Positions 10,215 to 21,166 of a stretch of 32,000 bases of DNA are shown here, in pieces. The notes beneath the pieces were generated by a model. The model saw only the letters and a program-made list of their open reading frames with translations. It did no database searches and was not told the origin of the DNA. This DNA comes from Nitrosomonadaceae bacterium (lineage in GTDB: Bacteria > Pseudomonadota > Gammaproteobacteria > Burkholderiales > Nitrosomonadaceae). The stretch's first letter is position 1. Every line of letters begins with the position of its first letter. The position numbers were made by a program, and so were the translations under genes. The stretch covers positions 1,349,899-1,381,898 of the forward strand of contig OZ242188.1 in the NCBI GenBank assembly GCA_965205785.1, in the 5' to 3' direction.

Positions 10215-12392
10215 ATGCCTATTATTCGTGTCGCCCTTGATGTTCCAGTAAATACTTTATTTGACTATATTGCACCAAGTGCAACAACTCAACATATTGG
10301 GGTTCGGGTACAAGTTCCATTTGGGAAGAAAATGTTAATCGGAGTCATTATTGAGGTGACCAATAGCTCATCTTTTTCAAAGGGGAAACTTAGATCTGCC
10401 AAATATATTTTTAACGATATGCCTCCCTTACCGAGAGCATTATTGGATCTTTTTAAATTTTGTAGTGAATACTATCATTATCCTCTCGGAGAGGTAGTGA
10501 TGAGTGGGATGCCCACTAGATTACGGAGTTCTAGGCCATTTGTAGATAAGCCGCAGGTTAAATCTCAGTTTCATATTACAAAGAAAGGGAAACTAGCTGA
10601 TACAGCTTTGATCTCTAAGAGAAGTACTCTTAAACGTCGTCTCTTGGCTTTATTTAGAGAGTCTAAGGTTGTTAATTTAGTCGAAATAAAACAACTCTCA
10701 CCAGGGGCAGTTAAAGTATTAAAAGAACTGATTGAACTAGGATGGGTAGAAGAAGCTGCTTCTTTATTTAAACAAAAAAATTCTATAGAGCCCATTTTAA
10801 ATAAAGAGCAGATGAATGTTGTCAAAAATATTGCTGCTGAAACTAATCAATTCAACGTATGGTTGTTGCATGGCATTACGGGTAGTGGAAAAACTGAAGT
10901 TTATTTGCGATTAGTCGCATTACAATTGCTTCAAGGGCGACAAACATTGGTGTTAATACCAGAGATTAGCCTGACTCCTCAGTTGGAGACAGTTTTTCGT
11001 ACTCGCTTCCCAACTACTTCAATCATTAGTCTTCATAGTGGTTTAAATGCTTCAGAGCGTGCAAAGGGATGGTTGCAAGCTCTTAATGGCACAGCCCAAA
11101 TAATACTGGGAACACGCCTTTCGGTATTTACACCAATTTCAAATCTAGGACTGATAATCGTAGATGAGGAACAGGATAGCTCATTCAAGCAGCAAAGTGG
11201 GTTGTGCTATTCAGCACGTGATATCGCTATCTTCCGCGCTAAATATATGAATATACCAATAATACTGGGTTCTGCGACACCATCACTGGAAAGTTATTAC
11301 AATGCAATTAATCATCGGTACCGTATGTTACGTTTATCTTCACGAGCTGCCGATAACTCTTCTCTTCCAAGTGTTCGATGTATTGATATCAGAGTAGTAA
11401 AGTCTAGAGAAGGTTTATCTGAACCACTAATTACAGCTCTGAGAAAAAAAATTGAATTAAAGCAGCAGAGTTTAATATTCATTAATCGACGTGGTTTTGC
11501 GCCAGTATTAATGTGTAAATCTTGTACATGGATAGCTACTTGTTCTCGTTGTACGAGTCGTTTGGTAGTGCATTTGCAAGATAAAAATTTACGTTGTCAT
11601 TATTGTGGGTATAAAGAGCGTATTCTATCTTCTTGTCCAGAGTGTGGTGACCAGGATATTGCACCATTTGGTCATGGTACACAGAGAGTAGAAGCTGCGC
11701 TAAAAGAGCAATTTCCTAATGCGAGAATATTACGAATAGATCGGGATAGTATACGCCGTAAAGAAGCGTGGGAGAAAATACTAGAAGAGATTCATGGACA
11801 GCGTGTAGATATTCTTGTTGGCACACAGATTCTCGCAAAAGGGCATAATTTTGTAAATCTAGGGTTGGTTGGAGTTTTAAATCCAGATGCTTCACTTTAC
11901 AGTACTGACTTTCGTGCAGCAGAGCATCTATTCTCACAACTTATGCAGGTCGCGGGACGAGCAGGGCGTGCCAGCACTACTGGACAAGTGTTGATTCAAA
12001 CTAAATTTCCTAATCATCCATTATATCATGCTTTGCAAAAACACAATTACGAGGAAATTGCAAAGATGCTGTTGACTGAAAGAAAGGTAGCAAGTTTCCC
12101 TCCATATGTTTATCAGGCATTATTGCGGGCAGAAGCGCCCAAGCTTTCTACTGCGTTAGATTTTCTTTCACATGTAATATCAATAGTATATCCGGGCAAA
12201 GAAGTAGAAGTGTTTGATCCTGTTCCTGCACAAATGGCAAAGCTTAAAGGTATGGAGCGGGCACACTTACTAGTGCAGTCTAGCTCACGTAAAGAACTAC
12301 AAAAGTTTCTTACTGCATGGCGAGTAAAATTAGATAAGATTTCTGCTCGTAAGATACGTTGGACGCTTGATGTAGATCCAATCGAATTTTAA
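10215..12392 (+). CDS. priA: primosomal protein N' (replication restart helicase PriA)
   Basis: 725 aa. Walker A GITGSGKTEVY, DEEQD (DExx box), Cys-rich zinc region CKSC...CSRC...CHYCG...CPECG, and GTQ..AKGH.F motifs. Confidence 0.93.
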   Translation: MPIIRVALDVPVNTLFDYIAPSATTQHIGVRVQVPFGKKMLIGVIIEVTNSSSFSKGKLRSAKYIFNDMPPLPRALLDLFKFCSEYYHYPLGEVVMSGMPTRLRSSRPFVDKPQVKSQFHITKKGKLADTALISKRSTLKRRLLALFRESKVVNLVEIKQLSPGAVKVLKELIELGWVEEAASLFKQKNSIEPILNKEQMNVVKNIAAETNQFNVWLLHGITGSGKTEVYLRLVALQLLQGRQTLVLIPEISLTPQLETVFRTRFPTTSIISLHSGLNASERAKGWLQALNGTAQIILGTRLSVFTPISNLGLIIVDEEQDSSFKQQSGLCYSARDIAIFRAKYMNIPIILGSATPSLESYYNAINHRYRMLRLSSRAADNSSLPSVRCIDIRVVKSREGLSEPLITALRKKIELKQQSLIFINRRGFAPVLMCKSCTWIATCSRCTSRLVVHLQDKNLRCHYCGYKERILSSCPECGDQDIAPFGHGTQRVEAALKEQFPNARILRIDRDSIRRKEAWEKILEEIHGQRVDILVGTQILAKGHNFVNLGLVGVLNPDASLYSTDFRAAEHLFSQLMQVAGRAGRASTTGQVLIQTKFPNHPLYHALQKHNYEEIAKMLLTERKVASFPPYVYQALLRAEAPKLSTALDFLSHVISIVYPGKEVEVFDPVPAQMAKLKGMERAHLLVQSSSRKELQKFLTAWRVKLDKISARKIRWTLDVDPIEF

Positions 12393-12505
12393 AAAGAATA
12401 ATATTTCATCAACTAGTTTTTCTAAGGACAGACTACATATGAAACTTTTTAGCAAAATTTGTTTTTCAGTAGTCGTAAATTGATTTTTACTGGCTTATGG
12501 TTAGC

Positions 12506-13390
12506 CTAGTGAATTTCAGTAAGCAGTTTCTCCAACATGTGCTCTGCCTGATGAAGATAGCTTCCTCCAAATAGATTTAGGTGGTTGAGAATGTGGTAAA
12601 GATTATAGAGTGTCTTGCGAGTTTTGTAGCAGGGGTCAAGTGGGTAAGCTTCGCTGTAAGCTGCATAGAAGGTTGTGGAAAAACCACCAAAAAGTTCAGT
12701 CATAGCAATATCTGTTTCACGATCACCATAATACACAGCTGGATCATACAATACAGGATATCCCGCAAGATCATAACTGTAGTTTCCACTCCATAGATCT
12801 CCATGTAATAAAGATGCAGCCTGTGGTGTTTCTGGAAAGAAAGTATCTAGTTCTTCCATTAAAAGGTTACCTAGACTCAGTAGTTTTCCTGTATACCCGT
12901 TGGTTTCAGCAAGCTGCAATTGATATCCAAGGCGGTATTTGCGCCAGAACTGTGTCCAATCAAGGGAGAATTTATTAATTTGTGGCGTAGAACCAATAGT
13001 ATTGTTCCGAACCCAACCAAATTTTTTAATAGATATTCGGTGCATTTCTGCTAGTCCTATTCCTAGGGCCGCACTCCCGCTCTTGGAGGTATTATCCATT
13101 TCAATGTACTCTAGTACGAGCCATGCATTATTCTCATTATTTCCCCAACAAACTGGAGTAGGAACTTGCAGAGTATGTGAATCTTTAATTTCTTGTAAAC
13201 CTGTAGCCTCTGCTTCAAACATTTGTAAGTTTTTCATTTCATTTAGCTTGACAAAAAAGCTATGTTTCTTGTCTTTAATACAATAAGTTTGGTTAATGCA
13301 TCCTCCGTTAATTGAAGAGATTTTATCTGCACTAAAGGAGGTATTGATAGAAGTTGAGATTTGTGCAGCAATATCTAGCCAAGGAGACAT
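12506..13390 (-). CDS. fructosamine/ketosamine kinase family protein
   Basis: 294 aa. ...FFVKLN...F.AEA.GL.EI...FGW...N.IGSTPQ.N....W..F... and LLHGDLWSGN are typical of the fructosamine kinase (YniA-like) family. Confidence 0.85.
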   Translation of the reverse strand: MSPWLDIAAQISTSINTSFSADKISSINGGCINQTYCIKDKKHSFFVKLNEMKNLQMFEAEATGLQEIKDSHTLQVPTPVCWGNNENNAWLVLEYIEMDNTSKSGSAALGIGLAEMHRISIKKFGWVRNNTIGSTPQINKFSLDWTQFWRKYRLGYQLQLAETNGYTGKLLSLGNLLMEELDTFFPETPQAASLLHGDLWSGNYSYDLAGYPVLYDPAVYYGDRETDIAMTELFGGFSTTFYAAYSEAYPLDPCYKTRKTLYNLYHILNHLNLFGGSYLHQAEHMLEKLLTEIH

Positions 13391-13419
13391 AATTTAATAA
13401 GTCTTCAAACTAAGCTTGA

Positions 13420-14832
13420 CTATGATAGCTCTTTTCTAGCTGATTTAATTGCTTTACGTACTTGAGATGGTGCTGTGCCACCAGTATGGTTTCGGCTCTT
13501 TACTGAACCATCCAAGGTTAATATGCTGAAGATATCTTTTTCAACTAACTGGGAGAATTTTTGTAACTCAGATAGAGTGAGTTCACTCAAATCGCAGTTT
13601 TTCTTCTCAGCAGCTCGCACAGCCTTTGCTACCGCTTCATGCGCGTCACGAAACGGGACTCCCTTTTTTGTAAGATAGTCCGCAAAGTCAGTTGCTGTTG
13701 AGTAGCCACTCATTGCAGTACTACGCATAGTATTTTTATCCACCTGAACTCCTTTAAGCATATCAGCGTAAATACGTAGTGATTCGCTTAGTGTATCTAC
13801 CGTATCAAAAAGAGGCTCTTTGTCTTCCTGGTTATCTTTATTATAAGCCAGTGGTTGTGCTTTCATCAGTGTTAGTAAGGCGATAAGATGACCATTTACA
13901 CGTCCTGTCTTTCCCCGAACTAATTCGGGAACGTCTGGGTTCTTTTTTTGCGGCATAATAGACGATCCAGTACAAAAACGGTCATTTAGTTGGATAAATC
14001 CAAATGATGGACTCATCCATAAAATTAATTCTTCAGATAATCGTGATAAATGAGTCATGATCAGTGCCGCACAGGAGCAGAACTCTATAGCAAAGTCTCG
14101 GTCAGAAACTGCATCAAGCGAATTTTTACAAATACCTTCAAAACCTAATTTCTTCGCCACCATGTCTCGGTTGATAGGATAGCTGGTTCCTGCTAGTGCC
14201 GCCGCTCCTAATGGGAGGTTATTTACTCGTTTTCTACAGTCAGATAATCGGTCCTTATCACGTCTTAGCATCTCAAAATATGCCATGAGATGATGGCCAA
14301 AAGAGATAGGCTGGGCTATCTGTAAATGTGTTAAGCCAGGCATTAAAGTATCTGTATGCTCTTCAGCAAGATCCAATATTGCAAGTTGCATTTTTTTGAT
14401 AAGCTTAATTATGTCGTCGATAGAAGCACGTATATATAGTCGTATATCAGTTGCTATCTGATCATTACGTGAACGTGCCGTATGAAGTCGTTTGCCGGCA
14501 TCACCAACTAATGTAGTGAGACGGTTTTCAATATTGAGATGTACATCTTCTAATTCAAGTTGCCAATCAAATGTACCGTTATAAATTTCATCGCGAATTT
14601 GATGCAACCCCTTCCCGATCGCGACTAGATCTTTTGTGCTGATGATTCCTGAAGCAGCGAGCATTTGGGCATGAGCGAATGAACCTTGGATATCATATTC
14701 TGCTAGTCGTTGATCAAATTCTACTGATGCAGTGTAACGCTGCACGAGTTTAGAAACAGGCTCTTCAAATCGACCTGACCAGATTCTTCTATTTTTTTTA
14801 GTTAATTGAGTCTTCTTTTTTGGAGTTCTCAT
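13420..14832 (-). CDS. argH: argininosuccinate lyase
   Basis: 470 aa. WSGRF, SVEFD..L...[17 protein letters not shown] and the fumarate-lyase signature [12 protein letters not shown]. Confidence 0.95.
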   Translation of the reverse strand: MRTPKKKTQLTKKNRRIWSGRFEEPVSKLVQRYTASVEFDQRLAEYDIQGSFAHAQMLAASGIISTKDLVAIGKGLHQIRDEIYNGTFDWQLELEDVHLNIENRLTTLVGDAGKRLHTARSRNDQIATDIRLYIRASIDDIIKLIKKMQLAILDLAEEHTDTLMPGLTHLQIAQPISFGHHLMAYFEMLRRDKDRLSDCRKRVNNLPLGAAALAGTSYPINRDMVAKKLGFEGICKNSLDAVSDRDFAIEFCSCAALIMTHLSRLSEELILWMSPSFGFIQLNDRFCTGSSIMPQKKNPDVPELVRGKTGRVNGHLIALLTLMKAQPLAYNKDNQEDKEPLFDTVDTLSESLRIYADMLKGVQVDKNTMRSTAMSGYSTATDFADYLTKKGVPFRDAHEAVAKAVRAAEKKNCDLSELTLSELQKFSQLVEKDIFSILTLDGSVKSRNHTGGTAPSQVRKAIKSARKELS

Positions 14833-14901
14833 AATACCTTGTCAAAAATGAAAGTATGTGCAACCCTTTCTTAACCTTTGTTTATTATTTAAACTTTTAA
14901 A

Positions 14902-15915
14902 GTGGCAAGTATAAATCAAAAATCATATCCAGACTCACTACCAGATTTTCGTAACCTTGGAGTGATACTACGTATTTTGATTATTGTAAACGTTATTGGC
15001 TTTATGGCAGCGTTACTTAGGGCTCCCAATTGGTCAGGGGTTATACCAGAATTTACAGAGATCGCAGTTGTTATCCAGCCAATATTGTTGATGAATTTGC
15101 TACTATTGTACGGCTTATACAAACCACTTTCACGTTTATCATACACTGCTGGGGTTTGTATGGTGTTAGCAGTGGAACTTATCTTGGCAACAGCAATGTA
15201 TTGGTTTGGCGGAATGATGTTAGAGGCCCCGGAAGTGGGAGAAATCTTTCGTTACTGGGTATTATGTCTTGCTGTTACAGGAGTATTGTTGGCATATTTT
15301 AATTTACGTAGTCGTGCGCTATCTCCTGCCTTTACTGAGGCTCGTTTACAAGCATTACAGTCACGTATTCGGCCTCATTTTTTATTCAACTGTATTAATG
15401 CTGTTTTGTCATTAATTCGTGCTGATCCTAAACGTGCTGAGCATGCATTGGAAGATATGGCTGATTTGTTTCGCGTATTGATGGCTGATAATCGTCAATT
15501 GTCCCCTTTACAGCGGGAAATTGAATTATGTCAGCAGTATTTACAATTAGAACAGTTACGTTTGGGAGAGCGACTTAAAGTAGAGTGGCATATTGATAAT
15601 CTACCATCTGATGCGTTAATTCCACCACTGGTATTACAGCCATTACTTGAAAATGCCGTTTATCATGGTATTGAACCTATAGCTGATACCGGCATTATAA
15701 ATATTAATATCTATAAAAGTCGCAATGAGGTTCATATGGTTTTACGTAATCCTTATCAGACAGAAGGTAAACACCATAGTGGCAATAAAATGGCACTAAA
15801 TAACATTCGTGAGCGACTGGCATTACACTTTGATGCTGAAAGCAGGCTAGAAAGTAAGGTTAACGACAATGTCTATCAAGTTCACATTATCATCCCATTC
15901 GTAACTAAGGTATAA
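14902..15915 (+). CDS. algZ: LytS/AlgZ(FimS)-type sensor histidine kinase
   Basis: 337 aa. Hydrophobic N-terminal half with several predicted TM segments, then the His_kinase (LytS-YehU) box RIRPHFLFNCINAVLSLIR and LQPLLENAVYHGI. It is paired with a LytTR regulator and divergent from argH, as in the Pseudomonas algZ-algR locus. The GTG start is uncertain. Confidence 0.8.
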   Translation: MASINQKSYPDSLPDFRNLGVILRILIIVNVIGFMAALLRAPNWSGVIPEFTEIAVVIQPILLMNLLLLYGLYKPLSRLSYTAGVCMVLAVELILATAMYWFGGMMLEAPEVGEIFRYWVLCLAVTGVLLAYFNLRSRALSPAFTEARLQALQSRIRPHFLFNCINAVLSLIRADPKRAEHALEDMADLFRVLMADNRQLSPLQREIELCQQYLQLEQLRLGERLKVEWHIDNLPSDALIPPLVLQPLLENAVYHGIEPIADTGIININIYKSRNEVHMVLRNPYQTEGKHHSGNKMALNNIRERLALHFDAESRLESKVNDNVYQVHIIIPFVTKV

Positions 15916-15936
15916 ACTACTTGGGAACAATATGAA

Positions 15937-16692
15937 ATGAGTACTCTTCCGTTAAGCGTTATGGTGGTAGATGACGAAGCCCCGGCTCGTAATCGGCTCA
16001 TAGATTTATTACATGACAGCGCGGAGAAAATTCCAGTGCAATTAGTGGGAGAAGCATCAAACGGATTAGAGGCGTTGGAACTATTGCAGGCCGGACACGC
16101 AGACGTAGTTTTGCTTGATATTCGTATGCCTGAAATGGATGGGATCGAGCTTGCACAGCATTTATTTAAATTAACTGTGCCACCCGCTCTTATTTTTACT
16201 ACTGCCTATGATGTTTATGCTATCAAGGCGTTCGAACTACATGCAGTAGATTATTTACTTAAGCCAATACGTCTAACACGATTACAGGAAGCACTAATGC
16301 GTGTTGGTACAGCAAAGCCTATTCAACAGGAAGTGCTGAAGAAGATTCGACCCAAGCCAAGGACACATCTTAGTGTACATGAGCGCGACAAAATTCATTT
16401 AGTTCCTTTAAGTGATGTGGTGTATTTCCGTGCGGAGCTGAAATACGTGACAATTCGTACTTGTGGGAAAGAGTATTTGTTGGAAGAGTCGCTGACTCGT
16501 CTGGAAGATGAATTTCAAGAATATTTTGTACGTATTCACCGTAATTGTCTTGTATCTAAAGACTATATTGCAGGATTTGAGAAAACTGAGGGGATAAGTG
16601 GAGAACCATCTTGGATGTTATTACTAAGAGGTTTGGAAGAGAAGCTTTCGGTAAGTCGCCGACAACAACATATCATGCGGGAATTAGGATAA
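15937..16692 (+). CDS. algR: LytTR-family response regulator (AlgR-like)
   Basis: 251 aa. Receiver domain (VVDDE...LLDIRMPEMDG...KP) plus a LytTR domain (YVTIRT...LEDEF...FVRIHRNCLV...VSRR). This closely parallels the AlgR architecture. Confidence 0.82.
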   Translation: MSTLPLSVMVVDDEAPARNRLIDLLHDSAEKIPVQLVGEASNGLEALELLQAGHADVVLLDIRMPEMDGIELAQHLFKLTVPPALIFTTAYDVYAIKAFELHAVDYLLKPIRLTRLQEALMRVGTAKPIQQEVLKKIRPKPRTHLSVHERDKIHLVPLSDVVYFRAELKYVTIRTCGKEYLLEESLTRLEDEFQEYFVRIHRNCLVSKDYIAGFEKTEGISGEPSWMLLLRGLEEKLSVSRRQQHIMRELG

Positions 16693-16738
16693 GTATACCG
16701 GAGTTGTTTTTATTTGTTGTGTAGCAGTTTCTTCATTC

Positions 16739-17299
16739 TTATACTGCTACAACTTGAATATCAGTTTCAATTGATCTAAGTAGATTCTCAATACCTCGAA
16801 GTGTACCCGAGATCGAGCTCGGGCAGGTTCCACATGCGCCCTGATAATGTACGCTGAGTACATTATCTTTAAGTCCGACTACGTAGAGGTCTCCACCATC
16901 GCCTTGCAGGTAAGGCCGTATTTCCTCGTCTAATAAGTTATTGATTCTATCAAGGCGCAGTTGGTCTTTAGAACTTAAATCTGAGATAGTATTAGTTGCT
17001 GTTGCTAAGGTGTCTGTGGATTGTGCATCTGCTGCAGGGGCTGCACGGATCGGGTCAGCAACCTCTCGTGCTAGATCCGGCCAGTTTGCGTTCCCATCCT
17101 GTGTGACAGTGATCCAGCGATCCACATAAAATACATTAGTCACATGATCAATTTCAAATAACTCAGTGGCAAGAGGATCATCTTTTGCCTGCTCAGCATT
17201 GTCATATGAGCGCGTAATCCCCCAAGTTAATGGTTCCTTTAGGACAAATTTAAGTGCATTTGGATTAGGTGTACCCTCAATTTCGGAAATTTTTGGCAT
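16739..17299 (-). CDS. NifU-family Fe-S cluster protein (Nfu_N + NifU C-terminal domains)
   Basis: Nfu_N-like GTPNPNALKFVL and a C-terminal ...YLQGDGGDL....L.D..L.V...GACGTCPSS..TL. The ATG at 17299 (AAGGA upstream) is preferred. The track's TTG at 17314, overlapping the sufU stop, cannot be excluded. Confidence 0.85.
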   Translation of the reverse strand: MPKISEIEGTPNPNALKFVLKEPLTWGITRSYDNAEQAKDDPLATELFEIDHVTNVFYVDRWITVTQDGNANWPDLAREVADPIRAAPAADAQSTDTLATATNTISDLSSKDQLRLDRINNLLDEEIRPYLQGDGGDLYVVGLKDNVLSVHYQGACGTCPSSISGTLRGIENLLRSIETDIQVVAV

Positions 17300-17310
17300 A
17301 TTAATATCCT

Positions 17311-17799
17311 TCAAGCATTACCGATAGAGACATGCATTGGGTCATCATCGGCTTCGGTCGAGATCGTGGCGACAGAGTTTAGTGCTGCCTGTAGTGTATG
17401 CCATGGGAGAATTGCACATTTCACTCGTGTAGGTAGGTCGCGTACTCCAACAAATACGGTTAAGCGTCCAAGATGGTGATTGTCGTCATTAGGCTCAAGT
17501 TTACCAATAGTCATTTCTCTGAATTCCCTAATCATTGTTTCTGCATCAGCTTGTGTTTTTCCCTTAACATTAGCAGTCATCATTGAAGCTGATGCTTTAC
17601 AAATTGCACATGACTCACCTTGAAACGTAATGTCATTAATAATAAGATTTTCATTAAGATTAATTTTAATATTCAGATGATCACCACATAGTGGATTATG
17701 TCCTTCAGCTGACCGATTTGCATTATCGAGTGAGCCATAATTTCGGGGGTTTCTATTGTGATCAAGAATTACTTCTTGATAGAGTGATTTTGTATTCAT
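17311..17799 (-). CDS. sufU: SUF-system NifU-family scaffold/sulfur acceptor SufU
   Basis: 162 aa. LYQEVILDHNRNPRN.G......EGHNPLCGD......F.GE.CAI..ASASMMT...G......R.KCA.LPW matches Bacillus-type SufU. Confidence 0.85.
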   Translation of the reverse strand: MNTKSLYQEVILDHNRNPRNYGSLDNANRSAEGHNPLCGDHLNIKINLNENLIINDITFQGESCAICKASASMMTANVKGKTQADAETMIREFREMTIGKLEPNDDNHHLGRLTVFVGVRDLPTRVKCAILPWHTLQAALNSVATISTEADDDPMHVSIGNA

Positions 17800-19058
17800 T
17801 ATAAAAAAACCTTCTGAACTTTCTGAATACCTAGGATTAAAGAATCGATCTCATCTACACTATTGTAAAAAGCAAAAGAGGCGCGCGTAGTTGCCGGCAC
17901 TTTAAAGTGTTGCATTACTGGTTGTGCGCAATGATGGCCAGTACGAACCGCGATTCCTTCCTGATTTAAGAGTGTACCTATGTCGTGTGGGTGCACTCCA
18001 TCAACAGAGAAAGAGAGGACTGCAACTTTTTCTGCGGCAGAACCAATTATGCGTATTCCCGGTATATTGCTAATCTGTACAGTTGCGTAGTTTATTAAGT
18101 TTTGTTCGTATGCCTCAATCATAGATAAATCGACAGAAGACAGATAGTCTATTGCAGCACCAAATCCAATCGCAGCAGCAATTGGTGGTGTGCCAGCTTC
18201 AAACTTATGTGGGATTGTATTATAGGTGGTCTTTTCAAATGTAACAGAAGCTATCATGTCCCCTCCACCTTTGAATGGTTTCATTCGCTTTAGCTGAGTA
18301 GCTTTGCCATAGAGAATGCCAATTCCTGTCGGGCCACATAATTTGTGAGCTGAGAATGTATAAAAATCACAATCAAGCTCCTGCATATCAATTTTCATGT
18401 GTGGAGCAGCTTGCGCCCCATCCACTAGTACTGGTACATCATGAGCATGTGCAAAATCTATCATCTGTTTAATCGGATTTATAGTACCAAGCGCATTTGA
18501 TACGTGCGTTACACCGACAAATTTCGTATGCTTGTTAAAGAGTTTCTTATACTCATCGATCAAGAGTTCTCCCGCATCGTTGATTGGCACAACACGGATC
18601 TTTGCCCCACTTTCTTCTGCTAGCATTTGCCATGGTACGATATTCGAATGGTGCTCAAGGACAGTAAGGATAATTTCATCTCCTGAGCCAATAAATTTAC
18701 GACCATAGCCATGAGCTACTAAATTTATTGAATCAGTTGTCCCACTGGTAAAGATTACCTCCTGGTCTTCATTTGCGTTTATAAAGTTCTTTAGTTTATG
18801 ACGTGATTTTTCATATTCTGCAGTAGCTGTTTCTGATAAATAATGGACTGCACGATTAATGTTGGCGTGCTCCATAGTCTGATATCTGAGCAGACGGTCC
18901 ATCACTACTTTTGGCATCTGGCTAGAAGCAGCATTATCAAAATAGACTAACTGTTTATCATCAATCTTAAGTTTAAGAATAGGAAAATCAGCGCGGATCT
19001 GTTCGACATTGAACATTGAAGTGCCGGATGCTCTCAAAGAAGATTCAACGGGTGTCAT
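17799..19058 (-). CDS. sufS: cysteine desulfurase SufS (group II)
   Basis: 419 aa. IRADFPIL...VYFDNAASSQ, the PLP lysine context FSAHKLCGPTGIG and the catalytic RTGHHCAQP. An alternative start is M15 at 19016. Confidence 0.93.
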   Translation of the reverse strand: MTPVESSLRASGTSMFNVEQIRADFPILKLKIDDKQLVYFDNAASSQMPKVVMDRLLRYQTMEHANINRAVHYLSETATAEYEKSRHKLKNFINANEDQEVIFTSGTTDSINLVAHGYGRKFIGSGDEIILTVLEHHSNIVPWQMLAEESGAKIRVVPINDAGELLIDEYKKLFNKHTKFVGVTHVSNALGTINPIKQMIDFAHAHDVPVLVDGAQAAPHMKIDMQELDCDFYTFSAHKLCGPTGIGILYGKATQLKRMKPFKGGGDMIASVTFEKTTYNTIPHKFEAGTPPIAAAIGFGAAIDYLSSVDLSMIEAYEQNLINYATVQISNIPGIRIIGSAAEKVAVLSFSVDGVHPHDIGTLLNQEGIAVRTGHHCAQPVMQHFKVPATTRASFAFYNSVDEIDSLILGIQKVQKVFL

Positions 19059-19061
19059 AGT

Positions 19062-20375
19062 CTAGTCTCTTTGAGTCTGTTCAAGCACTGCTTGTTCCAG
19101 CCGAAATTTGAGCGACGCTATAGGTATACGTTCAATAACTTCAGCACCAAATGCGTATGTCAGCAGGTTACGAGCTGTAATATCCGATAGTCCACGGCTT
19201 TTAAGATAAAAAATCTCTTCATTATCTAATTGACCAACAGTTGCCCCATGAGCACATTTCACATCGTCTGCAAAAATTTCAAGTTGTGGCTTAGTATCAA
19301 TTCGAGCTTTGGAAGTTAGCAGAAGATTACGGTTAGACTGAGTAGAATTTGTAAGCTGTGCATCCGGTCTTACGATAATCTTGCCATTAAATACTGCATG
19401 TGCAGCATCATCGATAATACACTTGTGTAGTTGGTGGCTTATGCAGTGTGGTTTTATATGATCAATACAGGTATGCGTATCAGCAAGTTGACGATTAGAT
19501 ATCAGTGCAAGTCCATCAGCTGTACATTCTGCACCCTCATCTTTTAGCAACACATTGAGGTTATAACGTGAAATGCGCGCACCAAATGCAACGTTAACTG
19601 ACTGGTAGCGGCTTTCTCGTGCAAGTGACACAGAACAATTTGCTATATGGAACGCCTCCTTATTATCACGCTGTATCCGTATATGGTTAACATGTGCGTT
19701 ATCGGCAACTACAAATTCTGCTACTGTATTGGTAATATAAGTTTCTTCCTGCAATGTGACATAGTCCTCAATAACTGTCACAGTACTACTTGGTTTAGCA
19801 ATCAATAGGCACCGTGGGTGGTTTGATACCTCTTTCTGAGTAGCAATGAACAAAAGGTGTATTGGTAATTCAGCTGAGGTATTCCGTGGCACGATGATAA
19901 GTGCTCCCTCATGAAGAAAGGCAGTATTAAGTGCTGCAAAAATATCGTCCTGAAACTCCGCGTGATGACCCAGATGAGATTCTATAGCTGCCAGATCTTC
20001 AGGGGATGCTGCTGCCAAACTTGAAATTACTACGCCAGAATTTTTAGATGTTTCTGTTATCTCTGTAGATAAATAAGGTGTATATATACCGTCAATAAAT
20101 ACGAGTCGAGTTACCGCTTCCGTAAGATAAAAATGTTCTATATCTGAACTTTGTAATGTAGGTGCCACGCGTGCTGGCTGGAAAGATATCTTTGTTAACG
20201 GAGAAATATCAGTAAAGCGCCATTCTTCGTCATTTTTAGTTGGGAATTTCAGCGTATTTACTTGGTTAACTGCATTGGATCGCAATTGATTAAGTCTCTT
20301 AAACGGACTTGCTGTTAGTTGTGACTGTCCCTTTAGCAGATTATTAAGATATCTGTCATCTGCAGCTACACTCAT
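19062..20375 (-). CDS. sufD: Fe-S cluster assembly protein SufD
   Basis: 437 aa, positioned between sufC and sufS. The C-terminal ...P.LEI.ADDVKC.HGATVG.LD.E..FYL.SRG is a SufBD-family motif. Confidence 0.9.
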   Translation of the reverse strand: MSVAADDRYLNNLLKGQSQLTASPFKRLNQLRSNAVNQVNTLKFPTKNDEEWRFTDISPLTKISFQPARVAPTLQSSDIEHFYLTEAVTRLVFIDGIYTPYLSTEITETSKNSGVVISSLAAASPEDLAAIESHLGHHAEFQDDIFAALNTAFLHEGALIIVPRNTSAELPIHLLFIATQKEVSNHPRCLLIAKPSSTVTVIEDYVTLQEETYITNTVAEFVVADNAHVNHIRIQRDNKEAFHIANCSVSLARESRYQSVNVAFGARISRYNLNVLLKDEGAECTADGLALISNRQLADTHTCIDHIKPHCISHQLHKCIIDDAAHAVFNGKIIVRPDAQLTNSTQSNRNLLLTSKARIDTKPQLEIFADDVKCAHGATVGQLDNEEIFYLKSRGLSDITARNLLTYAFGAEVIERIPIASLKFRLEQAVLEQTQRD

Positions 20376-20377
20376 AT

Positions 20378-21166
20378 TTATGTCCCTACTACAGCAGTTT
20401 TTTCGGTATTGACCCAGTCGTAGCCATGTTTTTCAAGGTTTAGTGCTAGCTCCTTGCCGCCAGTCTTAACTATACGTCCCGATTCCATTACATGTACATA
20501 ATCCGGTACGATATAGTTCAGCATGCGTTGGTAATGCGTAACCAATATAGTTGCATTATCTTTGTTTGCGAGTTGGTTAACACCGTTAGATACGATCCTC
20601 AGTGCATCAATGTCGAGACCGGAATCTGTTTCATCAAGAATTGCTATCTTGGGATCAAGTAGTGACATTTGTAGTATTTCATTACGTTTCTTTTCTCCAC
20701 CGGAGAAATTTTCATTAACGCTACGATCCAGAAAATCTGGGTTCATTTCAAGTAGCTTCATTTTTTCCCTGACGAGATCATCAAATTCAAGCGGGTCAAG
20801 CTCATCTTTATTTTGTTGAACTTGTGCTGTGTTATATGCAAGGCGTAAAAATTGATTATTAGCCACACCTGGAATTTCTATAGGGTATTGGAAGCCAAGA
20901 AAAATTCCAGCTCTTGCACGTTCTTCTGGCGCTAACTCAAGCAGATTTTTGTCTTCAAAGTCTACAGTACCATCCGTGATTTCATAATCAGTATGACCGG
21001 CAAGTACTTTAGCTAAGGTACTTTTGCCAGAACCATTTGTTCCCATGATTGCGTGTATTTCACCACTTTTGACGGTAAGATTTATTCCTTTCAGGATCTC
21101 GTTATTATTAACGGTTGCACACAAACTACTTATCTTAAGTAAAATTTTGCTGTCTTGGTAAATCAT
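20378..21166 (-). CDS. sufC: Fe-S cluster assembly ATPase SufC
   Basis: 262 aa. Walker [13 protein letters not shown] signature [11 protein letters not shown], Walker [12 protein letters not shown]. Overlaps sufB by 4 nt. Confidence 0.95.
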   Translation of the reverse strand: MIYQDSKILLKISSLCATVNNNEILKGINLTVKSGEIHAIMGTNGSGKSTLAKVLAGHTDYEITDGTVDFEDKNLLELAPEERARAGIFLGFQYPIEIPGVANNQFLRLAYNTAQVQQNKDELDPLEFDDLVREKMKLLEMNPDFLDRSVNENFSGGEKKRNEILQMSLLDPKIAILDETDSGLDIDALRIVSNGVNQLANKDNATILVTHYQRMLNYIVPDYVHVMESGRIVKTGGKELALNLEKHGYDWVNTEKTAVVGT

